From the NCBI GenBank assembly GCA_021735655.1, contig JAIPGM010000001.1, positions 161,728 through 225,727 of the forward strand: a DNA stretch of 64,000 nt. The letters run 5' to 3'. The notes beneath the pieces were generated by a model. The model made no database searches, was not told where the DNA came from, and saw only the letters and a list, made by a program, of their open reading frames with translations. This document shows positions 25,201 to 28,200 of the stretch, piece after piece. How positions within the stretch are numbered: position 1 is the stretch's first letter; every line of letters begins with the position of its first letter. A program made the translations under genes and the position numbers. This stretch comes from Candidatus Omnitrophota bacterium (GTDB lineage Bacteria > Omnitrophota > Gorgyraeia > Duberdicusellales > 4484-171).

Positions 25201-28200
25201 TCAAGTTCTGGATGTAGATGTTCTTGGCCATGACTATTGTCATATCGATAGAGTTGGCTTTGACGCTTGGCCTGATATGGCTATCGATCACTTTGAAATG
25301 GCCCGAATTGTTGATGAGCAGGATCAGCTATTACACACTTTTTGGTACGGTGTTTATTCAGAACGGATTCCCAATAGAGGTAGAGCTAGAATTTTAGGGG
25401 CGACTTTTACTGCCGGAGGTCACCTGCGACTTGGTAACGAAGATGTTTATCATGATGCGAACTTTCCCGAAGCTAGAGTAAATGTTACTTATATTGACGG
25501 AGAAGTAAGTGAGATATTAATTTATCAGGATGCTCAAGGCAACTCAGTAAATTATCATTATACTAAAAAGCAGATAGATAATTATAAGCGCAGAGTGCAA
25601 TATTATAATCTGCGCGGTCATGTATTCGAGCATGCTTTAAGAGTTGCCTTACCTTTTTTAAGCGACTGCCCTTTTGATTATCAAAAGCGCATTGGTGGTG
25701 AAGTTGATGGGTGGGTTGATGGTGAAGCTGAACCAAAGCCAGCTGATTCCAGATCACTTAAACGTCCAGATTTTACTAGTCCTTTTAGCTGGGCAATGAG
25801 TGAAGGGGTATTGTGCTATATTGATGCTAAATTCAATCTTAGAATTAAGTTTTTAATAGAATATCTAGAGGCAATTAAAGAGACTTTAAGAACTGATTAT
25901 TTTACTGATTGTGATGCCCCAGTTGAAACACATTTTGTAGGAAGAGTTATATTTGAGATAGTTTATTTAGGCAGAGTAAGTGAAGCTAATGTAGAGGCAA
26001 AGTTAGCTGGTCATCAGAGAAATTTTTCAGCTACCAATTCTGAGATGCTCACCTTGAAACCAGTTAGCTTTCTTGATGAGTACGGAGATAGGCTTAAGAC
26101 CGCTGGTCAGGATACTTTAGTAAGGTTTCTGAGACATCTGAGAGTTTTTCATTATAAGCCAGGTCGCAAGAAAGCCTTAGATAGCTATTTAGCCCAATTA
26201 GAACAGGATAAAATTCCCGAGATAGCCGATGAGCAGACTAATCTTTTTTCAAGGCCGCTGGATAATGGCCGAGAAAGATTATTGGTTAGTAGCGGTAATA
26301 GTCATTTAAAAAGTTTTCGTGAGGCGAAAGGTTTATTAGCAAAATTAAAATGTACAGACATTTTTGGGGTTGTCATGGGTTATCGCGCTGCCTTAGCTGA
26401 TAGAGATAATTATCAGAGAGTATTTGCTCGTGATTCTGTTTGGATGGGGTTAGCCGAAATGCTTTCCGGCTGTAAAGGTAGTTTAGCTTTAACATTAAGC
26501 GTATTAAAACATCATCAATGTCGGTACGGACAGAGACGCGGGGCTATTCCGAGTAACATTTCAAGGTATCATCGGGTAAGTTATGGGACAACTAGCCCAA
26601 GAATTGATCCAACCCTTCTTTATATTGTTAGTTCTGGCCAATATTATCGGTCCAGACCAGCCTATTTTCAAAAACAGTTTCTCGTTGAAAATTTATCGCC
26701 GCTACAAAAAGCTATAGCATATTTAGAAAGACAATGGGTTATGGATAACGGTTTATTGTTTATTCCGATTGCCGGAGATTGGGCTGATGAATATTTTCAA
26801 CAAGGCCTTGTTTTGTATGATGAAGTTTTATGGTATATGGCACTTTCAGAGTATGCCTACCTTTTAGCTGAAGATAATAATTCTAATTCAGAAGTTTATC
26901 AAGCTAAGGCTGCTTGGGTAAAGAATATAGTCAGATCCAAATTTTGGATAAATAAAAATCCCGGTCAAGGCAATTTGGGGCATTTCCGTCATTTTTTCAA
27001 TCAATTACAAAGCCCGAATCAGGCAGCGACATTTGGCTGTCCCTATGATAGCTTTGATGCTTTTGGTAATATTTTGGCAATTCTTTCCGGCGTGGCTACA
27101 GAGGAGCAAACTGCTCAGATAATTAAATATATTGATGTAATTTCAGAAAATAATCAGCCATTACTGGTGCCGGCACATTATCCGGCAGAAGAAGTTGAAC
27201 ATTTTGTTCACACAGGTGCTCCGTATCGGTATCAATTTAAGAATAATCCCGGGTGTTATCATAATGCTGGTTTATGGTCATGGTATACAGGTTTATATGT
27301 TGCGGCATTAGTGAAAGCCGGCCGATTAGACCGGGCGGCTAAATTTTTAGAAGGGGTACAGCTAGCCAATGAAGCTAAGGACTCAAATGGCCGGGGGTAT
27401 CATGAGTACCATACTAATATTCCCGGTCAATTGAGTAGGCCGGGTGGAGTTAGCAATTTAGGTGTCAGCGCTGCTGGTTATATAATAGCTCACCAAGCAT
27501 TTTTTAAAAATAAGATTGTTTTTGGTCAGAATCATCCTTTAGACAACGGCCGTCAGATGCCTGATTATTTTTCTCCGGTTGGAGACGTCAATGTAACTCT
27601 TAATAGTTCTTCAGAAAAAGCCCCCCTTGATAACGGAAGAAATTATTCCAGTTCGCCAATATTTCAAGAGACAACCTTTACCTATTGGTTAAGAGTGAGT
27701 TTATATTTATTAAGATTTTTGCTTAGTGCACCTTATTATTTTATTATTACTTTAGTTGTATCAAGAATGATGAAAGGAAAAAACATTTTATTTGTATCTT
27801 ACCGTATTAATGAATTTGCTTTAGATGGAGTATCTTTAGAAATAAAAGAGTGGCGAAATCTTTTATATCGATTGGGCGCACATATTTTTCTATTTTCTGG
27901 TCATAGCAAAATTGTTCAGGATGGAAGTATCACCGGTCAGGCTCCGGATTGCATTGAGAGTGATTTTCTTGCTGAACAGGCAACAAAAATAAGAGAGAAG
28001 ATTGAAAGAGAGGGAAAGCTAGATGCTGAAGATTTTGAATTAATTCATAGAGCAAAAGAGATAATTAAACGCAATCTGCGTAAGTGTATCTTGGAAAATA
28101 ATATTCACTACATTGTTTCGGAAAATGTATTTTGTCTACCGGGAAACCTCGCTCTTGCCGAGGCACTTATAGAACTTGCCGAAGAGTTTCCTCGGTTAGG

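Noticed and set aside
342-25757. About 25 short ORFs (60-128 aa) on both strands overlapping the giant ORF, for example 342-599 (+), 640-927 (-), 16736-17101 (-) and 23248-23634 (-).
   Set aside because: All are embedded in a frame with strong, continuous protein-family signal. Their translations are low-complexity with no recognisable motifs, so they are shadow ORFs. The same applies to the short antisense ORFs inside the downstream genes (for example 38602-39117 and 45907-46314).
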